NCBI GenBank assembly: GCA_040954595.2
Contig: CM082587.2
Location: 11,475,403 to 11,539,402, forward strand
DNA from: Balanoglossus misakiensis
Lineage: Eukaryota; Animalia; Hemichordata
DNA: 64,000 nucleotides
Direction of reading: 5' to 3'
Shown here: positions 23,056-37,020 of the stretch, piece after piece
Layout: each line of letters starts with the position of its first letter
Numbering within the stretch: position 1 is the stretch's first letter
Program-made: the position numbers and the translations under genes
The notes under the pieces: generated by a model
What the model was told of the DNA's origin: nothing
Seen by the model: the letters and a program-made list of their open reading frames with translations, nothing else
Databases searched by the model: none

Positions 23056-26000
23056 AACGGGAATTCAATGTTAGAAAACCCGTGTGGAAAGTATCTCTAC
23101 CCGTTTGAAACTAAGAAAAGAATTAATTCTTATTTATTTTGTAAAAAAGACAATTTTTCGAAAAAAAGTCGAAAATGGTAATTTTGTCTTGGGTGATTCA
23201 AATTATACCGCCTTTTCTGGAATTTGCAGCACTTTTTACAAGAGAACGACACTTCATGCTCCATAATATTTCCGAAAATGAAGAAAAGAGTTAATTTTTT
23301 ATGATTTTTTAAAAATTTACCATTTTTGTCAAAATATGGCCAAAATGGCTATTTTTTCTTGAATTCCGTCAATATCTCTGCATTTTTGGAGTGGTCGAAA
23401 GTTTTAACATACAATCAACATGTCATATATGATCAGGGCACCAAATTCGAAGATAAAAGGTTTTTTTATTTTTTTTTTCTAAAAATGACATTTTCAAGGA
23501 AAATTTTGTAAAACGCAATTTTGTCTGCAGTGAGCCAAATTAGACGGTCTTTTGTGGAATTTGTATCGATATATACGTACGAAGAGCATTCTATACTCCA
23601 TCAGATTTCCGAAAATGTAGAAAACAGGTATTTTTTGTAATTTTCAAAAATTTACCATTTTGACCAAATTGTGGCTAAAATTGTTATTTTCGTGTTGAAT
23701 GCCGCCAGTGTCACTGCTTTTAAAAGTCATAAAAACTTTTAACATACAAGCAATTGTTTATATATGATCAGGTCACCGAATTAAAAAAATAAAGAATGTT
23801 TTGCCTAAAAATGACCTTTTTGGTGCAAAAACGAATAAAACGCAATTTTGCATTAAATCAGCTCATTTAGAGTGCATTTTTATAATCAGCACCATTTTTA
23901 CATATAATGGAAATGTCATACATCATCAGATATCCAAATATGAAAAGATGATTTACATTTTAGATGATTGTCCAAAATTAGCTGATATCTGATAAATGTA
24001 GTATTTAACCGTTCTGTCCCCCCCCCCCCTACATTATATGCGGTACGCTGATGTCAGCTTACCCGGCAGTACTGCAGGCCGTGCCCCCAACTAACGTCGG
24101 TGTTTGAAACGCCCTGGTTAAATTCGGGCTTTCTCTATAAATTGACAGGCAATAATGCAGTCCTACCGGAACAAATGTCGAGTGTTGACCCGCTGTGACT
24201 TTCCCTGTTCGGTTTGCCCGACTTAGCCAACGTCTTTGTACTAGAGTGTCGGGTCTTTTACAGAGCCAGGCCGAAGGAAATCCGACTTGATCACCGTTGC
24301 TAACGAACGCTAATGTCTGTCATGGTGTGCCGGGGTTTTAGTCGAGCCAGGCCGTAGGAGATCTGACTTGATCATCGTGGTCAATGTACGCGTGTTTCCG
24401 CTCTAAAGTGCCGGGGCTTCAGCTAAACCAGGCCGTAGGAAATCCGACGTAATCACCGTTGATAACTTACGCCAGTCTGTGTCATATAGAGCCGGTGCAC
24501 CAGCCGAGTCACGCCGTAGGAAATCTGACTTGATCAACGTGGTCAATGTACGCCTGTTTCTGCTCTAGAGTGCCGGGGCTTCAGCTGAGCCAGGCCGTAG
24601 GAAACCCGACGTGATTACCGTTGTTAACTTACGCCAGTCTGTGTCCTATATATAGTGCCGGGGCATCAGCCGTGCCAGGCCGAAGGAAATGTGAGTAGAT
24701 CAACGTGGTCTCTGTACGCGTGTTTCTGCTCTAGAGTGTCAGGGCTTTAGCAAAGCCATGCCGTAGGAAATCTGACTTGATCAACGTTGCTAACGAACGC
24801 TAGTGTCTGTCATAGTGTGCCGGGGTTTTAGTCGAGCCAAGCCGTAGGAGATCAGACTTGATCAACGTGGTCTCTGTACGCGTGTTTCTGCTCTAGAGTG
24901 CCGGGGCTTTATCCAACCCATGCCGTTGAAAATCTGACTTGATCACCGTTGCTAACGTACGATAGTGTCTGTCATATTGTGACGGAGATTTAGCCGAGCC
25001 AGGCCGTAGAAAAATCGACTTGTTCAACGTTACCAGTGTGCAACTGTTTCTGCTCTAAAGTCTCAGGGTTTTAGCCGACTTATGCTGTAGGCAATCTGAG
25101 TTGATGAACGGGAATTCAATGTTAGAAAACCCGTGTGGAAAGTATCTCTACCCGTTTGAAACTAAGAAAAGAATTAATTCTTATTTATTTTGTAAAAAAG
25201 ACAATTTTTCGAAAAAAAGTCGAAAATGGTAATTTTGTCTTGGGTGATTCAGATTATACCGCCTTTTCTGGAATTTGCAGCACTTTTTACAAGAGAACGA
25301 CACTTCATGCTCCATAATATTTCCGAAAATGAAGAAAAGAGTTAATTTTTTATGATTTTTTAAAAATTTACCATTTTTGTCAAAATATGGCCAAAATGGC
25401 TATTTTTTCTTGAATTCCGTCAATATCTCTGCATTTTTGGAAAGTTTTAACATACAATCAACATGTCATATATGATCAGGGCACCAAATTCGAAGATAAA
25501 AGGTTTTTTTATTTTTTTTTTCTAAAAATGACATTTTCAAGGAAAATTTTGTAAAACGCAATTTTGTCTGCAGTGAGCCAAATTAGACGGTCTTTTGTGG
25601 AATTTGTATCGATATATACATACGAAGAGCATTCTATACTCCATCAGATTTCCGAAAATGTAGAAAACAGGTATTTTTTGTAATTTTCAAAAATTTACCA
25701 TTTTGACCAAATTGTGGCTAAAATTGTTATTTTCGTGTTGAATGCCGCCAGTGTCACTGCTTTTAAAAGTCACAAAAACTTTTAACATACAAGCAATTGT
25801 TTATATATGATCAGGTCACCGATTTAAAAAAATAAAGAATGTTTTGCCTAAAAATGACCTTTTTGGTGCAAAAACGAATAAAACGCAATTTTGCATTAAA
25901 TCAGCTCATTCAGAGTGCATTTTTATAATCAGCACCATTTTTACATATAATGGAAATGTCATACATCATCAGATATCCAAATATGAAAAGATGATTTACA

Positions 26001-26413
26001 TTTTAGATGATTGTCCAAAATTAGCTGATATCTGATAAATGTAGTATTTAACCGTTCTGTTCCCCCCCCCCCCCCCTACATTATATGCGGTACGCTGATG
26101 TCAGCTTACCCGGCAGTACTGCAGGCCGTGCCCCCAACTAACGTCGGTGTTTGAAACGCCCTGGTTAAATTTGGGCTTTCTCTATAAATTGACAGGCAAT
26201 AATGCAGTCCTACCGGAACAAATGTCGAGTGTTGACCCGCTGTGACTTTTTTTTTTTTTTTTTTTTTTTAATACTTTTTATTGGGAACACAAACAGTCAT
26301 TTTGATACATAAGTAGATTTAAAAAAAAAAAAAAAAAAAAAATTGACAATTATTTTTTGGAAGCATAACTTAATGGAAAGAAGAGAAAAAAAAAAAAAAA
26401 CAATCTGGTATTC

Positions 26414-29400
26414 TCAGTTTGTTATATACCTCATAAGTGATGACCATTTTTTAAGATGAAAGTACATTTTATGATTTGCAGTTGCAATCTTAAGTTCAAT
26501 TTCATGTATGTTTTTGAGCTGAACAATAAACCCAGTGATATTCGGAATTCGATTATTTAATTTACAGTAGTAAATGTACATTCTAACTTGCATTGCTATA
26601 AAATTGACTATAAAAGTCTCGTTTGGGTCACCCAAAACCATACATAACACTGATGGTGGTTTTTTCAATTTAAGAGGGATACCCAACGTAAACAGTAGGT
26701 CCCTCCAGAGAGCAGTAGTACAATTGCAACTATGAAATAAATGGTCGATGGACTCTGTTTCCACTTTACATAAATCACAAAGAGCAGTTGGAAATTTCTG
26801 TGGATTGTACCTGTTTAGCTGTTTGTTTGTATACAAAATATTGTGAAGTAATTTAAATTGAAAAGCTCTAGCCTTACAATGTATTGATAACTTGTAAGTG
26901 AAGTCATACATTTTTTCCCAGTTTAGATTAAATATATTCAACATTTTTTCCAGTGTTGCTTGACTTTTTGGAGTCTCTATAATACGGTCGTTCAAATTAC
27001 ATTTCAAACTCTTTTTCGTTAAAGTGTCTAAATTACAGATTGTGCCATTCAATGAAATACAAAGCTTATGTACACTATGTGCTTTGGTACAATTTTTTAA
27101 CTTGTTTGGAACAGAAAGTGTCAATCCTAACCACTTCAATTTCTGATTTAAATTCAGGCCTTTCTGCTCAAATACAGACCATGATACTCTATTAAAACCT
27201 GTAAACATGTCAGGGATGAAATTAAAGCCAGCGTCAGAAAAAGCCTTATAAAATACCGACTTTCCTCCAACGAGGACGTTTCTGTTGTTCCAAATCACCT
27301 GGTCTGTAGTATTTGGAATTATGTTGATTTCTGACCATGTGACAAGACAATTATTTATAAAACTGGAAACTTGGACAGGCAAAAGATTGGTGCGGAAGTT
27401 ACATTTAAAAAGTAATTTTCCACCGACTTTCTCTAAACTGTGTAAGACAATGTGTTTCCAAGGGTGTTTACATTCCTCATTCAACAGGCGTTTAATCAGT
27501 AATACTTGCTTTGTTTTTATCATCACATCTAAATTGGGCATTTTTAAGCCTCCTTGGCCCACCTCCCCTATCATTACATTCCTGCGAACCCGGTCTTGTC
27601 CATTCCAGAGAAAATTATAAATTAACTTATGAACCCGACCTATTACTTCATTAGGAAAAATTACGTGTGTAAGCACATATGTTAATTTGGAAATTGCCAA
27701 TGACTTAATAACTTGAACTTTCCCAATGATGGTCAAATTCCTAGTTTTCCACATATTGAGGACCTTTTTTAGATTTTCGACTGGGGTAACAATATTTTTT
27801 TCCTGGGCAATTTTTTCATTATAAGAAAAATGAATCCCCACAATCTTGATAGTAGGGGTGGGCCACTTTACCCCGAACGCCTCATCTTTTCGAAGTCTCC
27901 ATTTCCCAAGCCAAACAGCTTCTGTCTTATCTTTGTTGACTTTCAAACCAGAAGCATTATAAAAGGAAGTTAACATTTCAAAAACAATTCTTACAGAGTT
28001 TTCATTTGATAAAAAACAGGTCATATCGTCGGCGAACGCCGACTCCTTAATTTCAACACTGCCAATATTGATACCACTAATTTGCCGGTTATTTCTTATT
28101 GAATGCAAGAGTGTTTCTAAAACCAGAATAAATAACATAGGTGACAAAGGGTCGCCTTGGCGCACTCCCTTCTCAAGCTTAAAATAGCCAGTCCCAAACC
28201 CATTGTTCATTACAGTGCTTTCAATGTTAAAATATAAGGCTTTAACCCAGTTGATGAAGGACACTCCAAAATTAAAGGATGACAATGTATTGTAGAGATA
28301 ATCCCAACTTACAGTGTCAAAAGCTTTTTCGAAATCTATGGCTAATAAAATTGCTGGAATATCAGCATTACAGGTGTGATGAAAAATCTCATCTATCAAA
28401 CGGATATAATCACCAATGTTTCTCCCCCGGACAAAGGCCGCTTGGGAGTCACCAATTAAGCAGGGCAAAACTTTCTCAATACGTTTAACAAGGCATTTTG
28501 AAGCAAGCTTCATGTCAACATTCATAAGGGAGATTGGTCTCCAATTTTTCAGATAGAGTTGATCCTTCCCAGGTTTATCAATCAGAGTTATGACACTCTG
28601 TTTCTGTGAATTTGAAAATTCCCCCGTTCTGTAACCATAATTGAGAGAATTCAAAACTAAATTCCCCACCTGTGGCCAAAACGCCACGTAAAATTCTTTT
28701 GTAAGGCCATCATTGCCGGGGCTTTTGTTGTCTGGAAGGGAGAGAAGAACAGAGAAAACTTCCCCAGGGGTCAAAGGACCCTCACACAAAACTTTATCAT
28801 TCTCTGACAACATTGGTAAATTTGCATCCAGGAAATAATGCACATCGTTGGAGTTTGTGGCGCACCTTGAGTAAAGCTTGGCATAAAACTGCTTAATTTC
28901 ACACAAAATATTCTTTGGGTTGTCTATAATTGTATACTCATCTTTCTTCAAATTGCTGATACTCGAGTTGCGTTTATTTACCTTTTCCAAACCTAAAAAG
29001 AACTTGTTACATTTTTCACCTTTCTCGTACCAATTAATCCTGGATCTTACGACCGCTCCTTCTGTAATATAATCATAAACTTTCTCCAAATCACTCTTTG
29101 CTGACTCGAGCATCTCGTAATTTTGCACTGTAGGATGATTAGAACAAAGACCCTCAAGAAAATTCACCGACAGTTCAAGATTCTGTAAATTCTGTCTACG
29201 TTTTTTCGCCACTGTTTTGCTGTAGTCAATCACAAAACCTCTAATCTTAAATTTTATGAAGTCCCAACGAACCCCATCATTTAACCTAGTGGATTCACTA
29301 ATCCACTCGTCAATATTATCGTGCAGAATGGTTTTGAAAGTACTGTCGTAAATTAAACTAGAATTAAACTTCCAGTAGCCAGGACCCCGCTCGTTTTGGC

Positions 29401-30127
29401 AAGATTTATACACCAAAGAGACAGCTGAATGGTCGGAATCCACTCCAGGAATAATCTGAACGCTACTGATTTGTTGCTGTAAATCGCTAGAAATGAAAAA
29501 ATAATCAAGTCTACTCTGAGTGATATAAGGCCTGCGCCTTCTCCAGGTAAAACCTCTCTTTTCTTCATGACGCACCCTCCATATATCAATCAAATTGAAG
29601 ACGTCAGATATCCTATCTAAAAGAGCAATGGACTTTCCCCATGGTTTAGGATTGCCTCCTGAGCGATCAAGGGCAATATTATAGGTGAAATTTAAATCCC
29701 CTCCTAAAATGACAATTGTGTTGGGATCGGTTACATATTTGACCAGCAAAAAATACATTTCTTCTAGAAAAATTACATGCTCTTTCTCTATATTGGGTGC
29801 ATATACATTAAGTAGTATACAAGGCGTATTGTCTAAATTTACATCAATAAGAATAAATCTACCCATATCGTCAGTTACAGAATTGTTAACTATAATATTT
29901 GGGTTATTGATAATTGTTATTACACCTCTACTATTGTTTGTTCCATGCGAAAACCAACAGCGACCATTAAATTGAGTTGACCAAAAGTGAACATCGTCTT
30001 TTACACTGTGGGTTTCTTGTAAGAAAGTAAATGTGGGGTTCTTACTATTTAACCAACATCCAAGTTTTTTCCTTTTTTTGAAACTACGGAGCCCTCTTGT
30101 ATTAAACGTCAAAACTGAAAAATCCAT
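26414..30127 (-). CDS. Tx1/L1 ORF2: APE endonuclease + reverse transcriptase + C-terminal CCHC
   Basis: 1237 aa with LTFNTRGL, LQETH, GGDLN, SRLDYFF, SDHSAV, GYWKFNSSL, KSPGNDG, NWRPISL, DFEKAFD, GVRQGDPLSP, FADD and CDLC..HLFHSC. Confidence 0.96.
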   Translation of the reverse strand: MDFSVLTFNTRGLRSFKKRKKLGCWLNSKNPTFTFLQETHSVKDDVHFWSTQFNGRCWFSHGTNNSRGVITIINNPNIIVNNSVTDDMGRFILIDVNLDNTPCILLNVYAPNIEKEHVIFLEEMYFLLVKYVTDPNTIVILGGDLNFTYNIALDRSGGNPKPWGKSIALLDRISDVFNLIDIWRVRHEEKRGFTWRRRRPYITQSRLDYFFISSDLQQQISSVQIIPGVDSDHSAVSLVYKSCQNERGPGYWKFNSSLIYDSTFKTILHDNIDEWISESTRLNDGVRWDFIKFKIRGFVIDYSKTVAKKRRQNLQNLELSVNFLEGLCSNHPTVQNYEMLESAKSDLEKVYDYITEGAVVRSRINWYEKGEKCNKFFLGLEKVNKRNSSISNLKKDEYTIIDNPKNILCEIKQFYAKLYSRCATNSNDVHYFLDANLPMLSENDKVLCEGPLTPGEVFSVLLSLPDNKSPGNDGLTKEFYVAFWPQVGNLVLNSLNYGYRTGEFSNSQKQSVITLIDKPGKDQLYLKNWRPISLMNVDMKLASKCLVKRIEKVLPCLIGDSQAAFVRGRNIGDYIRLIDEIFHHTCNADIPAILLAIDFEKAFDTVSWDYLYNTLSSFNFGVSFINWVKALYFNIESTVMNNGFGTGYFKLEKGVRQGDPLSPMLFILVLETLLHSIRNNRQISGINIGSVEIKESAFADDMTCFLSNENSVRIVFEMLTSFYNASGLKVNKDKTEAVWLGKWRLRKDEAFGVKWPTPTIKIVGIHFSYNEKIAQEKNIVTPVENLKKVLNMWKTRNLTIIGKVQVIKSLAISKLTYVLTHVIFPNEVIGRVHKLIYNFLWNGQDRVRRNVMIGEVGQGGLKMPNLDVMIKTKQVLLIKRLLNEECKHPWKHIVLHSLEKVGGKLLFKCNFRTNLLPVQVSSFINNCLVTWSEINIIPNTTDQVIWNNRNVLVGGKSVFYKAFSDAGFNFIPDMFTGFNRVSWSVFEQKGLNLNQKLKWLGLTLSVPNKLKNCTKAHSVHKLCISLNGTICNLDTLTKKSLKCNLNDRIIETPKSQATLEKMLNIFNLNWEKMYDFTYKLSIHCKARAFQFKLLHNILYTNKQLNRYNPQKFPTALCDLCKVETESIDHLFHSCNCTTALWRDLLFTLGIPLKLKKPPSVLCMVLGDPNETFIVNFIAMQVRMYIYYCKLNNRIPNITGFIVQLKNIHEIELKIATANHKMYFHLKKWSSLMRYITN

Positions 30128-30587
30128 TTCAAATTGTCATGAAATGTGTTGTGTCGACTGCTTCCAAAAACATTTCTGAAAATTGACTGATGTGTCCCGC
30201 TTTGAAATAAACCCATCAAGAAACAACAAACAAACAAGACAAACACACCCTAAGGGCCGACAGAGGCGAGAGAGAAAAACCCAAAGGGCCAAAAAAAGAG
30301 AAGACTGAGAAGAGACGAAACTCCCTTCCCCGGAGGAAAAAAACAAACAGGGAAAGGGGGCAAGACGAAAAGGAGAAGAAATACAAAAAGAACAAAAAAG
30401 AAGGGCAAGAAAAAAAAAACCTACTCTGCTCGAGTGCCACACCTTCTCTGTGTCGGAGGTGTATTGAGATCTTTAAAATCAATGGCCGACAACGTTACCG
30501 TTATTCTATGAATACTGTGTTTGGTAATTCAAAGTCGTACGCTACTATCCAGTTTACATTTACAATTTTCATTTACATTTACAAATG

Positions 30588-30874
30588 TCATTTTTCTGGA
30601 ATGTCATTTACCGTGAGTTCCTTTTTGACACCATTAGCGTACTTGATTACGAGTGTTGCCGGCACTTTCCAAGCTATGTAGCAGCTTTTCGTCGACGCTT
30701 CTCTCTTTATCTTGCTTGCATACTGTAGTAGCCTCTTCCGTTCCGCGTATACTTTCTTGCTTACATCGTCAGACACATAAATCTGGTTTCCTTTCAACTT
30801 GTTTCCTTTCAGGCATCCAGGGGCCGCAAATAAAATCTGTCTGGCTTCGTTGGCGTTACCGAAGACCACCATAA
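30588..30874 (-). pseudogene. C-terminal fragment of L1/Tx1 ORF1 (RRM end/CTD)
   Basis: VVFGNANEARQIL..LKG..IYVSDDVSKKVYAERKRL resembles the L1-type ORF1 C-terminus and is cut off at the TSD. Confidence 0.75.
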
Positions 30875-33800
30875 TGACCCGCTGTGACTTTCCCTGTTCG
30901 GTTTGCCCGACTTAGCCAACGTCTTTGTACTAGAGTGTCGGGTCTTTTGCAGAGCCAGGCCGAAGGAAATCCGACTTGATCACCGTTGCTAACGAACGCT
31001 AGTGTCTGTCATGGTGTGCCGGGGTTTTAGTCGAGCCAGGCCGTAGGAGATCTGACTTGATCATCGTGGTCAATGTACGCGTGTTTCCGCTCTAAAGTGC
31101 CGGGGCTTCAGCTAAACCTGGCCGTAGGAAATCCGACGTAGTCACCGTTGATAACTTACGCCAGTCTGTGTCATATAGAGCCGGTGCACCAGCCGAGTCA
31201 CGCCGTAGGAAATCTGACTTGATCAACGTGGTCAATGTACGCCTGTTTCTGCTCTAGAGTGCCGGGGCTTCAGCTGAGCCAGGCCGTAGGAAACCCGACG
31301 TGATTACCGTTGTTAACTTACGCCAGTCTGTGTCCTATATATAGTGCCGGGGCATCAGCCGTGCCAGGCCGAAGGAAATGTGAGTAGATCAACGTGGTCT
31401 CTGTACGCGTGTTTCTGCTCTAGAGTGCCAGGGCTTTAGCCAAGCCATGCCGTAGGAAATCTGACTTGATCAACGTTGCTAACGAACGCTAGTGTCTGTC
31501 ATAGTGTGCCGGGGTTTTAGTCGAGCCAAGCCGTAGGAGATCAGACTTGATCAACGTGGTCTCTGTACGCGTGTTTCTGCTCTAGAGTGCCGGGGCTTTA
31601 TCTAAGCCATGCCGTAGAAAATCTGACTTGATCACCGTTGCTAACGTACGCTAGTGTCTGTCATATTGTGACGGAGATTTAGCCGAGCCAGGCCATAGAA
31701 AAATCGACTTGTTCAACGTTACCAGTGTGCAACTGTTTCTGCTCTAGAGTGTCAGGGTTTTAGCCGACTTATGCTGTAGGAAATCTGAGTTGATGAACGG
31801 GAATTCAATGTTAGAAAACCCTTGTGGAAAGTATCTCTACCCGTTTGAAACTAAGAAAAGAATTTATTCTTATTTATTTTGTAAAAAAGACAATTTTTCG
31901 AAAAAAAGTCGAAAATGGTAATTTTGTCTTGGGTGATTCAAATTATACCGCCTTTTCTGGAATTCGCTGCACTTCTTACAAGAGAACGACACTTCATGCT
32001 CCATAATATTTCGGAAAATGAAGAAAAGAGTAATTTTTTTATGATTTTTTAAAAATTTACCATTTTTGTCAAAATATGGCCAAAATGGCTATTTTTTCTT
32101 GAATTCCGTCAATATATCTGCATTTTTGGAGTGGTCGAAAGTTTTAACATACAATCAACATGTCATATATGATCAGGGCACCAAATTCGAAGAACAAAGG
32201 TTTTTTTATTTTTTTTTCTTCTAAAAGTGACATTTTCAAGGAAAATTTGGTAAAACGCAATTTTGCCTGCAGTGAGCCAAATTAGACGGTCTTTTTTTTT
32301 AGAATTTGTATCGATATATACATACGAAGAGCATTCTATACTCCATCAGATTTCCGAAAATGTAGAAAACAGGTATTTTTTTGTAATTTTTAAAAATTTA
32401 CCATTTTGACCAAATTGTGGCTAAAATTGTTATTTTCGTGTTGAATGCCGCCAGTGTCACTGCTTTTAAAAGTCATAAAAACTTTTAACATACAAGCAAT
32501 TGTTTATATATGATCAGGTCACCGAATTAAAAAAATAAAGAATGTTTTGCCTAAAAATGACCTTTTTGGTGCAAAAACGAATAAAACGCAATTTTGTATT
32601 AAATCAGCTCATTCAGAGTGCATTTTTATAATCAGCACCATTTTTACATATAATGGAAATTTCATACATCATCAGATATCCAAATATGAAAAAATGAATT
32701 AGATTTAAGATGATTGTCCAAAATTAGCTGATATCTGATAAATGTAGTATTAAACCGTTCTGTTTCCCCCCCCCCCCCCTACATTACATGCGGTACGCCG
32801 ATGTCAGCTTACCCGGCAGTACTGCAGGCCGTGCCCCCAACTAACGTCGGTGTTTGAAACGCCCTGGTTAAATTCGAGCTTTCTCTATAAATTGACAGGC
32901 AATAATGCAGTCCTACCCGAACAAATGTCGAGTGTTGACCCGCTGTGACTTTCCCTCTTCGGTTTGCCCGACTTAGCCAACGTCTTTGTACTAGAGTGTC
33001 GGGTCTTTTGCAGAGCCAGGCCGAAGGAAATCAGACTTGATCACCGTTGCTAACGAACGCTAGTGTCTGTCATGGTGTGCCGGGGTTTTAGTCGAGCCAG
33101 GCCGTAGGAGATCTGAATTGATCATCGTGGTCAATGTACGCGTGTTTCCGCTCTAAAGTGCCGGGGCTTCAGCTAAACCAGGCCGTAGGAAATCCGACGT
33201 AATCACCGTTGATAACTTACGCTAGTCTGTGTCATATAGAGCCGGTGCACCTGCCGAGTCACGCCGTAGGAAATCTGACTTGATCAACGTGGTCAATGTA
33301 CGCCTGTTTCTGCTCTAGAGTGCCGGGGCTTCAGCTGAGCCAGGCCGTAGGAAACCCGACGTGATTACCGTTGTTAACTTACGCCAGTCTGTGTCCTATA
33401 TATAGTGCCGGGGCATCAGCCGTGCCAGGCCGAAGGAAATGTGAGTAGATCAACGTGGTCTCTGTACGCGTGTTTCTGCTCTATAGTGCCAGGGCTTTAG
33501 CCAAGCCATGCCGTAGGAAATCTGACTTGATCAACGTTGCTTACTAACGCTAGTGTCTGTCATAGTGTGCCGGGGTTTTAGTCGAGCCAAGCCGTAGGAG
33601 ATCAGACTTGATCAACGTGCTCTCTGTACGCGTGTTTCTGCTCTAGAGTGCCGGGGCTTTATCCAAGCCATGCCGTAGAAAATCTGACTTTATCACCGTT
33701 GCTAACGTACGCTAGTGTCTGTCATATTGTGACGGAGATTTAGCCGAGCCAGGCAGTAGAAAAATCGACTTGTTCAACGTTACCAGTGTGCAACTGTTTC

Positions 33801-36512
33801 TGCTCTAGAGTGTCAGGGTTTTAGCCGACTTATGCTGTAGGAAATCTGAGTTGATGAACGGGAATTCAATGTTAGAAAACCCGTGTGGAAAGTATCTCTA
33901 CCCGTTTGAAACTAAGAAAAGAATTTATTCTTATTTATTTTGTAAAAAAGACAATTTTTCGAAAACAAGTCGAAAATGGTAATTTTGTCTTGGGTGATTT
34001 AAATTATACCGCCTTTTCTGGAATTTGCAGCACTTTTTACAAGAGAACGACACTTCATGCTCCATAATATTTCCGAAAAAATAAGAAAAGAGTTATTTTT
34101 TATGATTTTTTAAAAATTTACCATTTTGTCAAAATATGGCCAAAATGGCTATTTTTTCTTGAATTCCGTCAATATCTCTGCATTTTTGGAGTGGTCGAAA
34201 GTCTTAACATACAATCAACATGTCATATATGATCAGGGCACCAAATTCGAAGAACAAAGGTTTTTTTATTTTTTTTTTCTAAAAATGACATTTTCAAGGA
34301 AAATTTGGTAAAACGCAATTTTGTCTGCAGTGAGCCAAATTAGACGGTCTTTTGTGGAATTTGTATCGATATATACATACGAAGAGCATTCTATACTCCA
34401 TCAGATTTCCGAAAATGTAGAAAACAGGTATTTTTTGTAATTTTCAAAAATTTACCATTTTGACCAAATTGTGGCTAAAATTTTTATTTTCGTGTTGAAT
34501 GCCGCCAGTGTCATTGCTTTTAAAAGTCATAAAAACTTTTAACATACAAGCAATTGTTTATATATGATCAGGTCACCGAATTAATAAAATAAAGAATGTT
34601 TTGCCTAAAAATGACCTTTTTGGTGCAAAAACGAATAAAACGCAATTTTGTATTAAATCAGCTCATTCAGAGTGCATTTTTTATAATCAGCACCATGTTT
34701 ACAAATAATGGAAATTTCATACATCATCAGATATCCAAATATGAAAAAATGATTTAGATTTTAGATGATTGTCCAAAATTAGCTGATATCTAATAAATGT
34801 AGTATTGAACCGTTCTGTTCCCCCCCCCTACATTATATGCGGTACGCCGATGTGAACTTACCCGGCAGTACTGCAGGCCGTGCCCCCAACTAACGTCGGT
34901 GTTTGAAGCGCCCTGGTTAAATTCGGGCTTTCTCTATAAATTGACAGGCAATAATGCAGTCCTACCCGAACAAATGTCGAGTGTTGACCCGCTGTGACTT
35001 TCCCTCTTCGGTTTGCCCGACTTAGCCAACGTCTTTGTACTAGAGTGTCGGGTCTTTTGCAGAGCCAGGCCGAAGGAAATCCGACTTGATCACCGTTGCT
35101 AACGAACGCTAGTGTCTGTCATGGTGTGCCGGGGTTTTAGTCGAGCCAGGCCGTAGGAGATCTGACTTGATCATCGTGGTCAATGTACGCGTGTTTCCGC
35201 TCTAAAGTGCCGGGGCTTCAGCTAAACCAGGCCGTAGGAAATCCGACGTAATCACCATTGATAACTTACGCCAGTCTGTGTCATATAGAGCCGGTGCACC
35301 AGCCGAGTCACGCCATAGGAAATCTGACTTGATCAACGTGGTCAATGTACGCATGATTCTGCTCTAGAGTGCCGGGGCTTCAGCTGAGCCAGGCCGTAGG
35401 AAACCCGACGTGATTACCGTTGTTAACTTACGCCAGTCTGTGTCCTATATATAGTGCCGGGGCATCAGCCGTGCCAGGCCGAAGGAAATGTGAGTAGATC
35501 AACGTGGTCTCTGTACGCGTGTTTCTGCTCTAGAGTGCCAGGGCCAAGCCATGCCGTAGGAAATCTGACTTATCAACGTTGCTAACGAACGCTAGTGTCT
35601 GTCATAGTGTGCCGGGGTTTCAGTCGAGCCAAGCCGTAGGAGATCAGACTTGATCAACGTGGTCTCTGTACGCGTTTTTCTGCTCTAGAGTGCCGGGGCT
35701 TTATCCAAGCCATGCCGTAGAAAATCTGACTTGATCACCGTTGCTAACGTACGCTAGTGTCTGTCATATTGTGACGGACATTTAGCGGAGCCAGGCCGTA
35801 GAAAAATCGACTTGTTCAACGTTACCAGTGTGCAACTGTTTCTGCTCTAGAGTGTCAGGGTTTTAGCCGACTTATGCTGTAGGAAATCTGAGTTGATGAA
35901 CGGGAATTCAATGTTAGAAAACCCGTGTGGAAAGTATCTCTACCCGTTTGAAACTAAGAAAAGAATTTATTCTTATTTATTTTGTAAAAAAGACAATTTT
36001 TCGAAAAAAAGTTGAAAATGGTAATTTTGTCTTGGGTGATTCAAATTATACCGCCTTTTCTGGAATTTGCAGCACTTTTTGCAAGAGAACGACACTTCAT
36101 GCTCCATAATATTTCCGAAAATGAAGAAAAGAGTTAATTTTTTATGATTTTTTAAAAATTTGCCATTTTTGTCAAAATATGGTCAAAATGGCTATTTTTT
36201 CTTGAATTCCGTCAATATATCTGCATTTTTGGAGTGGTCGAAAGTTTTAACATACAATCAACATGTCATATATGATCAGGGCACCAAATTCGAAGAACAA
36301 CGGTTTTTTTATTTATTTTTTCTAAAAATGACATTTTCAAGGAAAATTTGGTAAAACGCAATTTTGTCTGCAGTGAGCCAAATAAGACGGTCTTTTGTGG
36401 AATTTGTATCGATATATACATACGAAGAGCATTCTATACTCCATCAGATTTCCGAAAATGTAGAAAACAGGTATTTTTTGTAATTTTCAAAAATTTACAA
36501 TTTTGACCAAAT

Positions 36513-36848
36513 TGTGGGGAAGTATCGTGGCAGTGATCAATACTCCCGGGAGGGGGTTCGAGTATACTGACGTCGGAAAAGAAGCGAACGATTCAGTGCT
36601 AGGTAAAACACTGGTTTATTACCATCTGACTCCAACAACAAAGTAACACCACAGAGCTCCTTAGAAAATGCTGCCCGAAAGCGCCAAAACTGGGTTATAT
36701 ATAAGTCCCACGAACGCCGGAGCAAACACTCAAAAATTACAATAAATCTGCTACAAGTATAAAGTTTGGCGGGAAACAAAGTCAACTCTGATAGGGTAAG
36801 AGTTTCCGTCACGTGATCCTTCTGGAGTAAATCTCTCACTTCTCCATA
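36513..36848 (-). repeat. BEL/Pao 3' LTR (336 bp)
   Basis: Starts TATGGAGAAGT (probably mutated TG) after the PPT and ends ACTTCCCCACA; the termini are imperfect inverted repeats. Confidence 0.8.
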
Positions 36849-37020
36849 TTCTCCCCCGCGCAAAGGAAAGTCTCGAAAATCGTCAGAAAAAAAAACATCA
36901 AATAACATGAAATATGATTAAAGTCACCTAAAGTGTTCAAGGATAATAAACTAATGTTCATTGTGTCAGTAAACATGATAACAGTCACAATGCGATCGAA
37001 ATTGTTTTCCAATTTCAAAG

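Larger units (their letters stand above)
26250..30874 (-). mobile_element. Tx1/L1-clade non-LTR retrotransposon, 5'-truncated in ORF1, with poly(A) tail and TSD
   Basis: TSD tgacccgctgtgac(ttt) at 26233-26249 and 30875-30891. Poly-T on + from ~26247; AATAAA on - near 26280. ORF2 is intact. Confidence 0.95.
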
